A stretch of 64,000 bases of DNA from Elusimicrobiota bacterium (GTDB taxonomy: Bacteria; CG03; SLGR01; JAFGSA01), in the NCBI GenBank assembly GCA_016934855.1, contig JAFGSA010000052.1:6220-70219 (forward strand). The letters are read 5' to 3'. This document shows positions 24,724 through 35,702 of the stretch, in pieces (positions within the stretch are counted from its first letter, which is position 1; each line of letters opens with the position of its first letter). Below the pieces are notes generated by a model. It was given only the letters and a program-made list of their open reading frames with translations, was not told where the DNA came from and did not search any database. The position numbers and the translations under genes are program-made.

Positions 24724-27371
24724 GCCCCGAGATCCATCCAGTTCCGCCCCGTCTTTATATCTACCGTGAGCGGAACAGAAAGGCCGTATGCTCCTTCCAT
24801 TGTCTTTTTTATGACGCTTTTCGCGGTTTCAGCACTGTCTTCGCCGATCTCGAAAAGCAGTTCATCGTGTATCTGCAGCAGCAGTTGCACGTCATTATCG
24901 TTGAAACAGAACTCTTCGTTCAGATCCACCATGGCGAGCTTTATTATATCGGCGGAGCTGCCCTGAACCGGAGTATTCACTGCGATCCTCTCGAACAGCT
25001 TGCGCCGCATAAAATTCGAGGAGTTTATCTCGGGAAGATATCTCCTCCTGTTCAATATGGTAGTGACATACAGGTCTTTTCTCGCTTTTTCGACCGTCTC
25101 GTTCATATATTTTTCTATCCCGGGATACTGTTCGAAATACCTCCGTATGAAATCCTTCGATTCCGCCTCGTCCATATCGGCCCTTTTCGAAAGCCCCCAG
25201 GATGACATCCCGTATACTATTCCGAAATTTATCGCCTTGGCTTTCTTTCTCAGCTCCTCGCTGACCTCGGCTTCAGGCACTTCGAATATCCTTGAAGCTG
25301 TCTGTGCGTGGATGTCTTCTCCCTTACGGAAACTGTCTATGAGGTTTTCGTCACCGGATATGTGAGCGAGTACGCGAAGGTCTATCTGAGAATAATCCGC
25401 GCTCAGGAATACCTTTCCGGCTCCCGCGATGAATGCCTTCCTTATCCTGCAGCCCTGCGAAGTCCTGACGGGGATGTTCTGCAGGTTGGGCTCGCTGGAC
25501 GAAAGTCTCCCTGTGGCCGTACCGAAGATATTAAAAGTAGTATGCACCCTGTCTGTCCTTGCATCTGCCATGGACGGCAGTGGCTCGACATATGTAGATA
25601 ACAGCTTCTGAAGTTTCCTGTATTCTATTATCTTCGCTGGAAGCGGATGCTCATCCGAGAGTATCTCCAGCACTTCCTCTGCGGTAGAGTAGCCTGTTTT
25701 AGTCTTCTTCACCGGTTTGAGTCCGATCTTCTCGAAGAGTATCACCGAGAGCTCCCTGGGAGAATTTATATTGAATTCCTGTCCGGCCGTGTCTTTTATT
25801 TCTTTTTCAAGCAGCGCCAGCTCTTCTTTAAATTCCGCCTCCGTATTCTTCATGAACTCCCTGTCTATTTTTATCCCAGCAAGCTCCATCTCCGAGAGTA
25901 TGCGGACTGTCTTGAGCTCGACGTCATGATACAGCTTTTCCATCGACTGCCTTTTAAGCTCGCCTGAAAGGATCTCTTTCAGCTCGAATAAGGCGGCTAC
26001 CCGGCCGGAGACAATCCCGGCCATATCCTCTATACTTGCGTCCCGGGGATTCTCCGGTATTTCCCCGGGCACCCAGCTCAGGTAGGCGGACGCTATCTTA
26101 TCCAGGCTTTTATGGCCTCCCGACGGGTCCAGCAGGTAGCTTGCCGTGATTATGTCAAATGCTTTTTCACCCCGGGGCATATCATTAGCTTTAAGAAACT
26201 TGAGCGTATTCTTAAGATCGTAACTGACGAGCTGTACCCGGCTGTCCGCCAGCAGTCCTGCCAGGACTTCTTTTATGCCGTCCCATGCCGGCTGCCTGGG
26301 CACTCCCAGGTAACTGTGTCCCAGAGGTGCGTATGCCGTGTCCGAACCGTTATAACTAAGGCAGATACCCACCAGATCGCCCGGTAGCAAAGACGGGGAC
26401 GGCGCATCCGAGACCAGGCCCAGGACTATCTGTGTTTTCCCGGCGCAGTTTTTCACGAATCCCGCCATATCGTCCGGGGAAAATATTATGACACTTTTGA
26501 CTTTCCCCCTCAGCTTGTCGGCCTCGATCCAGTCCGACATGAGGTTCTTCGCATTGAGCGATTCGAATTCCTTCCGCAGCCTGTCAGGGTCCGGGCCCTT
26601 CCACGAACCCTCTTCGATGGATATGGGCAGGTCGATGTTCTCCACCAGTCTTACGAGCCTCCTGGTCATATATGCTTCTTTTTCATGTTCCACGAGCTTA
26701 TTCCTGATACTTTCCTTGATCTGCCCTATGTTGTTATATATACCTTCAAGATTACCGTATTTTCCCAGGAGTTCCCTGGCTGTCACAGGGCCGATCCCCC
26801 TTACACCGGGAAGGTTGTCGACCTTGTCGCCTATAAGGGCAAGATACTCCACCACCTGTGACGGGTCGACCCCCAGCTTCTCCCGGACCTTGCCCGGGTC
26901 AAGAACCAGGCCTTTCATCCCGTCAGACACGCTTACTCCGTCCCCGACAAGCTGAAGCGCATCCTTGTCTGCCGTGACTATCGTTACCTGCATGTTCCTG
27001 TCCCTGGCCAGCTTTGTCAGTGTCGCGATGATATCGTCGGCCTCGAAACCCTCGTAATCCATATATTTGACATTCAGGGCATCCAGAACCCGGAAGAGCC
27101 TCGGTATCTGCTGGATCAGCTCCGTATCCGTCTTCTTCCTGTTAGCCTTGTATTCGCAGTAATCCTTATGCCTGAAAGTCGGCTTCTTGTTGTCAAAAGC
27201 CACAAAAATATGCGAAGGCGCCTCCCTGTCTATGACTTTTTTCAGCATCTTCGTAAAACCGTATACCGCATTTATCATATTGCCTTCGGCATCGGTCAGC
27301 TCGGGCAGTGCATGATACGCACGATGCAGGTATGAATTACCGTCTATTAGAATAATCTTCTCATTTTCCAT
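24717..27371 (-). CDS. polA: DNA polymerase I
   Basis: 884 aa with 5'-3' exonuclease, 3'-5' exonuclease-like and polymerase A motifs (RRxxKxxNFGxxYG, QIHDELLFE). Confidence 0.95.
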   Translation of the reverse strand: MENEKIILIDGNSYLHRAYHALPELTDAEGNMINAVYGFTKMLKKVIDREAPSHIFVAFDNKKPTFRHKDYCEYKANRKKTDTELIQQIPRLFRVLDALNVKYMDYEGFEADDIIATLTKLARDRNMQVTIVTADKDALQLVGDGVSVSDGMKGLVLDPGKVREKLGVDPSQVVEYLALIGDKVDNLPGVRGIGPVTARELLGKYGNLEGIYNNIGQIKESIRNKLVEHEKEAYMTRRLVRLVENIDLPISIEEGSWKGPDPDRLRKEFESLNAKNLMSDWIEADKLRGKVKSVIIFSPDDMAGFVKNCAGKTQIVLGLVSDAPSPSLLPGDLVGICLSYNGSDTAYAPLGHSYLGVPRQPAWDGIKEVLAGLLADSRVQLVSYDLKNTLKFLKANDMPRGEKAFDIITASYLLDPSGGHKSLDKIASAYLSWVPGEIPENPRDASIEDMAGIVSGRVAALFELKEILSGELKRQSMEKLYHDVELKTVRILSEMELAGIKIDREFMKNTEAEFKEELALLEKEIKDTAGQEFNINSPRELSVILFEKIGLKPVKKTKTGYSTAEEVLEILSDEHPLPAKIIEYRKLQKLLSTYVEPLPSMADARTDRVHTTFNIFGTATGRLSSSEPNLQNIPVRTSQGCRIRKAFIAGAGKVFLSADYSQIDLRVLAHISGDENLIDSFRKGEDIHAQTASRIFEVPEAEVSEELRKKAKAINFGIVYGMSSWGLSKRADMDEAESKDFIRRYFEQYPGIEKYMNETVEKARKDLYVTTILNRRRYLPEINSSNFMRRKLFERIAVNTPVQGSSADIIKLAMVDLNEEFCFNDNDVQLLLQIHDELLFEIGEDSAETAKSVIKKTMEGAYGLSVPLTVDIKTGRNWMDLGAC

Positions 27372-27620
27372 TGATGTAAAATCGCCAGTTTGTCTATTTT
27401 GGAATGCCGGGAAAACCCGAGAGAACTGAAGTATACAGTAAAACTAAAATCTCCTTTTCAATAATTATAAGAAACCCCTGAAAATATGATAAAGCTGTTT
27501 TTTATCAAAAACCAAAATATTTTAAATTATTTCCTGCGGTGGATTTCCGTACTTTTCGGCAGGCTTAGTATTATTATAAGATTATACAGGAGTTTGTCAA
27601 CTGTGTTTGTCTCCGCACGG

Positions 27621-28067
27621 TCACCTGGCGTGTTTCTTCAGTTCCCTGCTTATCTCCCTGGCCGCGTCCTTTTTTCTTATCGCCTCCCTTTTATCCTGCC
27701 TGGATTTACCCCTGGCTACGGCGAGGGACACCTTGGCCCAGCCGTTCTTGAAATATATCTTCAGCGGCACAAGGGTGACACCTTTTACCTCGATTTCCTT
27801 CTGTATGCTCCTTATCTCTTTCCGGCTGAGCAGCAGTTTCCTGACGCGCTTGGGATCGTATTCGACGTTCGAGCTCTTTTCGTACAGAGCTATATGCGCG
27901 TTGATCAGAAACACCTCGCCGTTTTCTATCTTTGCGTAGCTGTGCTTGATATCGGCTCCGTGGCTCCTCAGGGACTTCACTTCCACTCCTGTAAGGCTCA
28001 TTCCCGCTTCGATTTCCCTAAGGATAATATACTGATAGCCTGCCCTGGGATTGCGAGCCACTGTCAT
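27621..28067 (-). CDS. smpB: SsrA-binding protein SmpB
   Basis: 148 aa with the characteristic SmpB core. Confidence 0.92.
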   Translation of the reverse strand: MTVARNPRAGYQYIILREIEAGMSLTGVEVKSLRSHGADIKHSYAKIENGEVFLINAHIALYEKSSNVEYDPKRVRKLLLSRKEIRSIQKEIEVKGVTLVPLKIYFKNGWAKVSLAVARGKSRQDKREAIRKKDAAREISRELKKHAR

Positions 28068-28927
28068 CGGTAAAACCCGTTTTCCCTGGCCTGCAGGTAT
28101 TCCCTGATGTCTTTGAGTAAGGACGGATTAACCCCGTATAAAGCCGGGGTCCCCTCTTTTTTCACGTAAGGTTTTCCTTCCTTCTCTATCACTTTAAAGC
28201 TATCTTTGGCGCCTTCCTTGCGGGTTATTTCGATATCCATCAGCTCAGCCGGCTGCCCGCCGGTCCCGGACGGCTCCTGGGAAAACCCTGTTGCTTTCAG
28301 CCTGCCGAGTTTTTCCAGCAGAACGGATGCCGGGCCCGTCGACATATCTACTATATCGAAGGCGTCCTCTCCGCTTTTTATGACAATAGATTCTACCGAA
28401 CCGAGGGCGGCGCCGAAAATATCCTTATCTTTCCAGTAAGATTCATCCCTGTCAAAAAGCCCGCTGTATACCCCCTGCGCCAGGTACACCCTGGGATCGC
28501 TGCCGATGCGCACATAGCTCTTTACGTAATCGGGACTCCTCTTTCCTATATATATGGTCCCCGTCTCCTTTTTGCCCGGATTGATACGGACTATCACAGC
28601 TGTCGCCGATGAGACCCGGAGATTATCGTATGTTTCCTGCCTCGAGGATATAACGCCTTCCAGTATGAGCCCTTTAACGGCTCCGACGGCTTTTTCAATG
28701 GTATCTTTTTCTCCCGGCCATATATCGCTCGACACATACCATTTCCCGTCTTTACTGAATAAATCTGTGATTGTCCTGCCTTCTTTTGCTACAGTGACGG
28801 CCGATATGTCGAATCCTGAAAAAGGTTTCCCCGCGCCTGACAGGCGGCCGAAGTTATTCTTCAGGAAGAGTACAGCCGCCAGGATGATAAAAACAGCAAA
28901 AAGAATCGCCGTGGTTTTCTTATTCAA
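28064..28927 (-). CDS. DUF4340-like membrane-anchored protein (accessory to the GldG-type ABC system)
   Basis: N-terminal TM anchor, and position immediately downstream of a GldG-like gene as is usual for DUF4340. Confidence 0.55.
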   Translation of the reverse strand: MNKKTTAILFAVFIILAAVLFLKNNFGRLSGAGKPFSGFDISAVTVAKEGRTITDLFSKDGKWYVSSDIWPGEKDTIEKAVGAVKGLILEGVISSRQETYDNLRVSSATAVIVRINPGKKETGTIYIGKRSPDYVKSYVRIGSDPRVYLAQGVYSGLFDRDESYWKDKDIFGAALGSVESIVIKSGEDAFDIVDMSTGPASVLLEKLGRLKATGFSQEPSGTGGQPAELMDIEITRKEGAKDSFKVIEKEGKPYVKKEGTPALYGVNPSLLKDIREYLQARENGFYR

Positions 28928-28941
28928 GCCGCCCTCCGCGA

Positions 28942-31128
28942 TCAGCCCAGGATCCTGTTCTTCTTATCCCTGTTCCTGAGGTCCGCAGTCCTCCACCTGT
29001 ATATGCCGGCTCCCAATACGGCCAGAGGAAGGAAAAATATGTCAGAATACCTTATGAGGTTTTTCCTGGCTGGACTTATCTCCTTCATAGGTCTTTGCCC
29101 GACGCCTTTGGACCTTATGCTTATCAGGTCGGAATCCTGGGTGAGCCAGTCAATAATATTCAGGAAAAGGCTCTGGCTCACGCCGGGCCCCGAAGAGAAC
29201 CCCTTCTCCGAAAACCTCGAATTTGATACTACTATGGCCCTCCAGTCGGAATCCGCGTCCTCTATGCTGCAGATGACAGTGAACGGGCCTTTCTCTGAAT
29301 CCGGCGACGGCCGGTATTCCTTAAGAGGCGTCATAAAACCCGCAGAGGTATCCAGCCATGACCCTTCGGACGTGCGGGCCAGCACTTTCACCTTGTATTT
29401 CGAATCTTCTTTTTCTTCTATCCTGATCGGCGACGCGTACGGAAGGGAGAAGGCGTTTATATCCTTTACGATAGGATTATCCTTATCCACATCGCTGATG
29501 ACAGGGAAATAAGGGTAATCGATGATATTCTGGACCATGAAATATCCGCTCCTCGTAGTGACAGCTATCCTCTGGCAGTACGTGTCAAGGATAAGCCCTT
29601 TGCCGACCTCCACGCCGTATTCCTTCAGAAAACCGTTTACGGGATTATCTGTCTCTTTCGCCGAGAAATTCTCCATGTCTATACTGTACATATCGGCGAA
29701 GATACCTATGGGTATCCCTTTTTCTGCGGCTTTTCTGACCGTCTTCAGGGCGTCCGGAGTGAACCTGCTGTCCGCTTTCACGATGACGGAGTAGATGTTT
29801 TCCCGGTCGATCTTCTCCTCGCTGTCTACCTCTATGTACCTGTATATGGAATTTATATCCGCTTCCAATTCTTCCGGGTTGTCGAATTCCCCTATATACC
29901 CGACCGTCCTGGTTTGTGCAGACGTTACTTTTTTAATCATGGAAGTCAGGTCATACTCCAGCCCGTCTATATTTTCGATAACCGGTATCACTTCTTTCCT
30001 GTCTGCGTACATTATTATCAGCCCCATGTATCCCTGTTTCACTTCCAGTTTCTCCTTCGCAGCTTCCGTGAATTTGAGAGGGGGTATGCCGTTCACCATG
30101 GCCTCACGGCCCAGGTCTTCGTTTCCGGAAGGATCAAGGAAGGTGAACTGGACCTTGGAGCCCGAATAGGCCCGGTATTCATATAAAAGATCGCGCAGGT
30201 ATCTCCTGGCGTCCTGATAGCGCTGCGGCAGGTCCCTGGAGAAATAGACTTTTATTATCACCGGATCCTTAAGCGATCTTGTTATCTTTTTTGATGCCCT
30301 GGAGATGGAATATATGTTTCCCTCGGTGAGGTCCGCCCTGTAAACGAGCCCCGAAACCAGTATATTGACCAGCACGAGGATACCCGCGAGAAGACCTGCA
30401 GAGGAAAGATTGTAGAACTCCATCCTTACCCTCCTGGAAAAAGCCATATAGGATACGTAGAGGAAAAAGAAACCGAGGCTTAAGAAATACAGTATATCCC
30501 TCATATCGATTACGCCCCGGGACATGTTCTCCCAGTGAGAATCTATACCCAGGAATTCGATTACGGGCCTCATATAAGCCGGGACGACCTGTATGACCTT
30601 CCCCATTATGAAAAGAGCGAACGAGACGGCGAACCCGATTATAAATGCCACGACCTGGTTGGACGAGAGCGACGACCCGAGCATACCCGTTGTCAAGAAC
30701 ATGCCTCCTATGAGTATCATTCCCAGGTAGGCACCCGTTACCTGTCCCCAGTCGACGTTTCCGAGGCCTGATATGCTTAAGGGGTACAAGAGAGTCAGTA
30801 TCACTGCGCTGGACAGCAGGGTGAATACGGCCAGGAACTTGCCGGCGATTATCTCCGTGTCTTTTACCGGCAGGCTCCCGAGTATCTCCATAGTGCCCGA
30901 GCTGAATTCTCCGGACAAAAGCTGCATCGCTACCGCTGGCGCGAAGAACATCATCAGAAGCGGCACATTCATTATAAAATTATCTATTGTAATCTGGTTT
31001 ATCAGGAATATTGTCGAAGCGAACATCCAGCCGCATATTATCAGGAATACGATTATTATTATATAGGCAAGCGGGGATGCGAAATATCTTTTTATCTCCT
31101 TGCCGAAGATCAGGAGCGTCCTTTTCAT
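28942..31128 (-). CDS. ABC-2 type permease fused to a GldG-like auxiliary domain
   Basis: N-terminal 6-TM ABC-2 permease region followed by a large GldG-type periplasmic domain and a C-terminal TM segment; 728 aa. Confidence 0.75.
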   Translation of the reverse strand: MKRTLLIFGKEIKRYFASPLAYIIIIVFLIICGWMFASTIFLINQITIDNFIMNVPLLMMFFAPAVAMQLLSGEFSSGTMEILGSLPVKDTEIIAGKFLAVFTLLSSAVILTLLYPLSISGLGNVDWGQVTGAYLGMILIGGMFLTTGMLGSSLSSNQVVAFIIGFAVSFALFIMGKVIQVVPAYMRPVIEFLGIDSHWENMSRGVIDMRDILYFLSLGFFFLYVSYMAFSRRVRMEFYNLSSAGLLAGILVLVNILVSGLVYRADLTEGNIYSISRASKKITRSLKDPVIIKVYFSRDLPQRYQDARRYLRDLLYEYRAYSGSKVQFTFLDPSGNEDLGREAMVNGIPPLKFTEAAKEKLEVKQGYMGLIIMYADRKEVIPVIENIDGLEYDLTSMIKKVTSAQTRTVGYIGEFDNPEELEADINSIYRYIEVDSEEKIDRENIYSVIVKADSRFTPDALKTVRKAAEKGIPIGIFADMYSIDMENFSAKETDNPVNGFLKEYGVEVGKGLILDTYCQRIAVTTRSGYFMVQNIIDYPYFPVISDVDKDNPIVKDINAFSLPYASPIRIEEKEDSKYKVKVLARTSEGSWLDTSAGFMTPLKEYRPSPDSEKGPFTVICSIEDADSDWRAIVVSNSRFSEKGFSSGPGVSQSLFLNIIDWLTQDSDLISIRSKGVGQRPMKEISPARKNLIRYSDIFFLPLAVLGAGIYRWRTADLRNRDKKNRILG

Positions 31129-32054
31129 TTTCCGGCATCCTCCCCCTGTTCCGTAAGTTTTCTGAATATATCTTCGAGGCTTTCCTTTGTTCTGGACATC
31201 TCCAGCACTGCCCAGTTATTCCTTACAGCTACGGAAAAGATATCCTTTCTCGGATCCAGTCCCGACGTGTTCTCTACGATAATCGTGTCTGCTTCTCTCC
31301 TGACGTAATCCGCCGTATCCAGCTTTTCTATTTCGTTCTTCACTTCATCGGCAGGGCCGTCAAGCTGAACGCTGTACACGGTCTTGCCCGAACCGCCCGC
31401 AAGCTCCTGGTGCGTACCGTCTGCGGCTATCTCACCCCTGTTGATTATGATGACTCTTTCGCATACCGCCTGGACTTCCTGCATGATATGCGTGGATAAT
31501 ACAATCGTTTTCTCTTTTTTCAGTTCGCCTATAAGAGTCCTTATCTCGCGTATCTGGTTCGGGTCCAGACCGCTTGTGGGCTCATCCAGGATAAGTATCG
31601 GCGGATCATGAAGAATTGCCTGGGCCAGCCCCACCCTCTGCCGGTAGCCCTTCGAGAGAGCCCCTATGGGTTTTATTATAACATCTTCGAGAGAACATAT
31701 ATCCACGACTTCTCTGATCCGCTTTCTGATATCCGTGTAAGACATCTCTCTCATGCGGGCGCAGAACTCCAGGTAATCGAGACCGGTCATATCGTGATAT
31801 AGGGGGTTATCCTCGGGCATGTATCCCACCACCTTCTTGACCCCAAACGGGTCTTTTACTACGTCGAGACCGTCTATGCTCACCCGCCCGGCATCGGGCG
31901 GCATGTACCCGCTTATTATCCTCATCGTAGTTGTCTTGCCGGCCCCGTTAGGTCCCAGGAAACCGACTACGCTGCCGCTGCCCACCTTGAACGAGATTGA
32001 ATTGAGCGCCGTGAAATTATCGTATTTTTTTACTAAATTATTTACTTCGATCAT
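31125..32054 (-). CDS. ABC transporter ATP-binding protein (GldA-like)
   Basis: GPNGAGKTT Walker A, LSKGYRQR signature and LILDEPTSGLD Walker B. Confidence 0.88.
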   Translation of the reverse strand: MIEVNNLVKKYDNFTALNSISFKVGSGSVVGFLGPNGAGKTTTMRIISGYMPPDAGRVSIDGLDVVKDPFGVKKVVGYMPEDNPLYHDMTGLDYLEFCARMREMSYTDIRKRIREVVDICSLEDVIIKPIGALSKGYRQRVGLAQAILHDPPILILDEPTSGLDPNQIREIRTLIGELKKEKTIVLSTHIMQEVQAVCERVIIINRGEIAADGTHQELAGGSGKTVYSVQLDGPADEVKNEIEKLDTADYVRREADTIIVENTSGLDPRKDIFSVAVRNNWAVLEMSRTKESLEDIFRKLTEQGEDAGK

Positions 32055-32125
32055 GATATCCCGGGAAAACCTCAGTGAATGGTTATTTATTTATTAAAAA
32101 TCGCGTTATTTTGTCAAGAACAGCA

Positions 32126-32761
32126 TCAGCACAGTCCCAGGAGCGTATCTATTCTTTCGGCGGGATCATCCGCCCTGGTTATATACGATCCGACAACTAT
32201 TTCGTCAACGCCGGCTTTCAGGCATCTGGACGCGCTCTCGGCATTGATTCCGCCGTCTACGGATATCTCGAAGTCAAGACCTTTACTCTTCCTTATCTCT
32301 TTCAGTGCCGCTATCTTCTGCAGCGATTCTTCGATGAAATCCTGGCCGCCGAAACCCGCGTAGACGCTCATGACAAGTACCCTGTTGACCTTATCCAGAT
32401 ACGGGGCGACATCTTCCAGCGGTACGTCGGGATTGAAGGATATGCCCATATTGTCCATCTCCAGTATACTCCGGTTAGCGTCATTGAGCGTTTCCACGTG
32501 TACGAGCACCGCCTGCGAGCCCGCTTCGAAAAACCTGCCGACAAATTTCTCGGGGTTCTCTATCATAAGATGCGTTATCAGCGGGATTCCCGTAATCCTT
32601 CTTACTGTTTTCACCATCTCAGGGCCGTAAGAAATATTGTCCACAAAGTGCCCGTCCATTATATCCATGTGAAAATCGTCTATACGGGTTTTTTCTATTT
32701 TTTTTATGGAAGCCTCCAGATTACCGAAGTCCATGTTGAGTATCGAAACTCCGAGCTTCAT
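32126..32761 (-). CDS. rpe: ribulose-phosphate 3-epimerase
   Basis: MKLGVSILNMDFGNLE...HLMIENPEKF...HVE...VDGGIN motifs. Confidence 0.9.
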   Translation of the reverse strand: MKLGVSILNMDFGNLEASIKKIEKTRIDDFHMDIMDGHFVDNISYGPEMVKTVRRITGIPLITHLMIENPEKFVGRFFEAGSQAVLVHVETLNDANRSILEMDNMGISFNPDVPLEDVAPYLDKVNRVLVMSVYAGFGGQDFIEESLQKIAALKEIRKSKGLDFEISVDGGINAESASRCLKAGVDEIVVGSYITRADDPAERIDTLLGLC

Positions 32762-33798
32762 TTTCCTTCCTCGGGTGCGCTTTCCCCGGCTTCATCGAGG
32801 TTGAATTCGAGTTCTTTTTCCTTGATAAGCACGTCATCGACATATATTTTTGCTTTAGCCGCGCCAAGGACCTTTACCGGAACCTCTATCTTTGCCCCCC
32901 CCTCGACCTTGGCTTCGTATATGATCCGTTCCCCTATATCGTCTTCCAGGATTATCCTGATATCTTTCTCCCGCCCGCTCTGAGAGACTTCGTAGTATAC
33001 CGTCTCGTCCCTGACTTCCTTTATGCTCCTTGTCATCACCGATATAGACACGTTTACCCTGGTATTCTTGTCTATTATAGCCCCTTCCTTCGGGTCCTGT
33101 TCTACGACAGTGCCCTCGTTCAGCTCGTCCATTATCGCCGTCTTGACATCGTTTATGTCCAGCCCGAACTCTTTCATTATTACCTCTACGTCCTGTATAT
33201 TCTTGCCGAGCAGGTTGGGCATCTTCTTTATCTTCTCGTCTTCGGCCGGGCCGCGGCTCACGACTATGTTAACATACGTGTTTTTCTCGACGACCTCGCC
33301 GGCCGGCGGTTCCTGCGAGACGATATAATCCCTTTTAACCGAGCTGGAGTACGTCCTTGTCTGTTCGCCTATCGCAAGGCCGGCCTGCCTTAAGAGCAGC
33401 TCCGCCTGGCGCAGGGATTTCTGCTCTATCTCGGGCACGAATACGACTTTTCCCCCGGATGATATGACGGACTCTATAGCTTTTCCCTCGCGGATCGTAA
33501 GACCGGGAGGCGGGGACTGGGATATAATGCTGCCTGCCGGTATGTCTACATCGTACTTTTCCGCTACTTTTTCAAGGGAAAGGCCTTTTTCGCTAAGCAG
33601 AGTCAATGCGTCATTTATAGTCATTCCTACTATGTCCGGGACGACGACTTCTTTCCTGTTGTGCAGGACCTCGTTCATAAGTATATTAACGATCCAGATG
33701 CCTGCCAGAGAAACTATCAGCAGGATTATGATCGCGGAAACCGTGATCTTAACCGCTAATTCTATCTTTTTGGGGTCTTTCAGTATATCGAGCTTCAT
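32758..33798 (-). CDS. membrane-anchored PASTA-domain protein (three PASTA repeats, no kinase domain)
   Basis: TM anchor, then repeated PASTA-like units (VVPDIVGMTINDALTLL..., VPEIEQKSLRQAELLL..., MPNLLGKNIQDVEVIM...). Confidence 0.7.
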   Translation of the reverse strand: MKLDILKDPKKIELAVKITVSAIIILLIVSLAGIWIVNILMNEVLHNRKEVVVPDIVGMTINDALTLLSEKGLSLEKVAEKYDVDIPAGSIISQSPPPGLTIREGKAIESVISSGGKVVFVPEIEQKSLRQAELLLRQAGLAIGEQTRTYSSSVKRDYIVSQEPPAGEVVEKNTYVNIVVSRGPAEDEKIKKMPNLLGKNIQDVEVIMKEFGLDINDVKTAIMDELNEGTVVEQDPKEGAIIDKNTRVNVSISVMTRSIKEVRDETVYYEVSQSGREKDIRIILEDDIGERIIYEAKVEGGAKIEVPVKVLGAAKAKIYVDDVLIKEKELEFNLDEAGESAPEEGK

Positions 33799-33801
33799 GG
33801 C

Positions 33802-34707
33802 TTATTTGATTACTAGAAAATAATACAAAACTACCATGACAAATGCAATAATAATATACCACCATCTGAACGGGCTGGCCATGGGAGTCTTGATAATGCC
33901 TATCTTCTTCTTCGGGTTCTCTACGGCTCTGCCTATTATCCCGGGCCCGTATCTTACTATTATCTCTACCCCGTCCTCCGTATCCTTAACGTCTTCGACG
34001 GTTGCCGGCAGGGATATCAGTTCGTCTTCTTTCCTCCCTCCCAGAAGATGCGCAAGATAGACGCCGATATCTCTGTCATCAATAATCCTGGTCACGACCA
34101 TATCCCCCGCTTCCACTTTCTCGACTCTTATTGAAGGGTTCGCATCCTTGTTCTTTACCAGATCGATATCGAGGTCTATCAGGAAATTCTCCGTGTCTTC
34201 TTTTCCCAGGTGCAGCATGAACTCATCGTTAATTTTTTCCGCATCCGTCAGGTACTTGAACTGCCTTAAATTGATCTTCTGGCCTTTCATTTCTATAAAG
34301 ATATCGTATTCCCTGCCCGTGTCGTATCTTATCACCTCGATTATGCAGCCGGAGAATATATCCTTTATGCCGTCGATGTTCAATACTTCCCAAAGGCTAT
34401 AGAAATCATCCGCCGCTTCCTCCTGTATCCTCAGGACTATTGCTTCCTCTATCTTCTGCGTTATTTCCCTGAGACTGCCGTCTTTAAGCCTCCTGGAATA
34501 CAGGTCTTTTTCGAAAGCAAACCATTGTTTATCGACGTCGGATTCATATATTTCCGGGTTACAGCCGGTAACGGCCGCGTATCGTATTATCCTCTTGTTC
34601 CTGCTGTTAAAAATAAAAAGGAGGAGACCGTAAATGCTTACTTCGTCGGCCTTGAACTTGCATTTAATGACACCCAGCGGCTTGATATCCCTCGATATGT
34701 TTCTCAA
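33802..34707 (-). CDS. hypothetical tail-anchored membrane protein
   Basis: 301 aa with a C-terminal TM helix (WWYIIIAFVMVVLYYFLVI) and no recognisable domain. Confidence 0.5.
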   Translation of the reverse strand: MRNISRDIKPLGVIKCKFKADEVSIYGLLLFIFNSRNKRIIRYAAVTGCNPEIYESDVDKQWFAFEKDLYSRRLKDGSLREITQKIEEAIVLRIQEEAADDFYSLWEVLNIDGIKDIFSGCIIEVIRYDTGREYDIFIEMKGQKINLRQFKYLTDAEKINDEFMLHLGKEDTENFLIDLDIDLVKNKDANPSIRVEKVEAGDMVVTRIIDDRDIGVYLAHLLGGRKEDELISLPATVEDVKDTEDGVEIIVRYGPGIIGRAVENPKKKIGIIKTPMASPFRWWYIIIAFVMVVLYYFLVIK

Positions 34708-34805
34708 CGCAAGGGTTATATTGCCCGCCGCCCTTTCAAGGTACTCCCTGGCTTCCTCTTTGTCACAGCCGGTTTCTTCTATAAGGACATCTATATCGGT
34801 GCTGG

Positions 34806-35702
34806 TTATCTGCTTCTTGGGTGGAATTTTAAGTATACCTCCCTGAGTTTATTCCTGGACAAATGAGTGTATATCTGCGTAGTCTGGAGCCTTTTGTGCC
34901 CGAGAAGTTCCTGTACAGTACGCAGGTTGCAGCCGGCTTCCAGCATATGGGTGGCAAAACTGTGCCGGAGAGTATGTGGCCCTATATCCTTGTTAATCCC
35001 TGCCATGAGACTGCATTTTTTCACTATCCTTCTTATGCTCCTGGACGATAGCCGTCTTCCTGCAGCGTTCACGAAGACTGCGGCGGCGGCGGACGCCCAT
35101 CCGCAATCATCCCTGAATTTGAAATAGTCGTGGACTCTGCCCACGGCGGTGTCACCCAGAGGAAGCATTCTTTCTCTTCCTCCTTTCCCGAAAACGACGG
35201 CAGTACCTCCCAGAAGATCTATATCTTTCCTGTTAAGAGACGAAGCTTCCTCCACCCTGCATCCCGTAGAATACATAAACTCGAGCAGAGCGCGGTTGCG
35301 CAGCTGCAGCCGGCCTTCGCCGTAATTAAAATCGAGCAGTCTTTCGACCTCTTTCATACTCAGTACCGTCGGGTACTTGGCCGCGCTTTTACCGAGAGAT
35401 ACCTTTGCCGAGGGGTCTGTCCCGACCATCTTTCTGTTTTTCAGGAACGAGAAAAAGCTTTTTACGGCCGAGAGTTTCCTGTTCATACTGGTCCTGGAGA
35501 GTCTCTTCTCCAGCGCTTTCAGATAATTCCTGATATCGAAATGGTCTATTTCCGCCAGGCTCTTGCCTGTCCCGTCCCCTATGAACTCCGAGAAATCCTT
35601 AAGATCCCGCCGGTATGCTCTTACGGTATTTGATGAACCTATTCTTTCCTTTTCAATGTAATTAATAAATGTTTCTATATCGCTGTCGATGCCCTTAACC
35701 AT
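34806..35702 (-). CDS. xerC: tyrosine recombinase XerC/XerD
   Basis: R...HTLRHSFATHMLEAGCNLRTVQELLGH...Y catalytic motifs. Confidence 0.9.
   Translation of the reverse strand: MVKGIDSDIETFINYIEKERIGSSNTVRAYRRDLKDFSEFIGDGTGKSLAEIDHFDIRNYLKALEKRLSRTSMNRKLSAVKSFFSFLKNRKMVGTDPSAKVSLGKSAAKYPTVLSMKEVERLLDFNYGEGRLQLRNRALLEFMYSTGCRVEEASSLNRKDIDLLGGTAVVFGKGGRERMLPLGDTAVGRVHDYFKFRDDCGWASAAAAVFVNAAGRRLSSRSIRRIVKKCSLMAGINKDIGPHTLRHSFATHMLEAGCNLRTVQELLGHKRLQTTQIYTHLSRNKLREVYLKFHPRSR

Noticed and set aside
27372-27620. Possible tmRNA (ssrA) next to smpB
   Set aside because: There is no GGGG 5' end, no tRNA-like T-arm/CCA end and no tag-peptide reading frame. It is only an AT-rich intergenic region.
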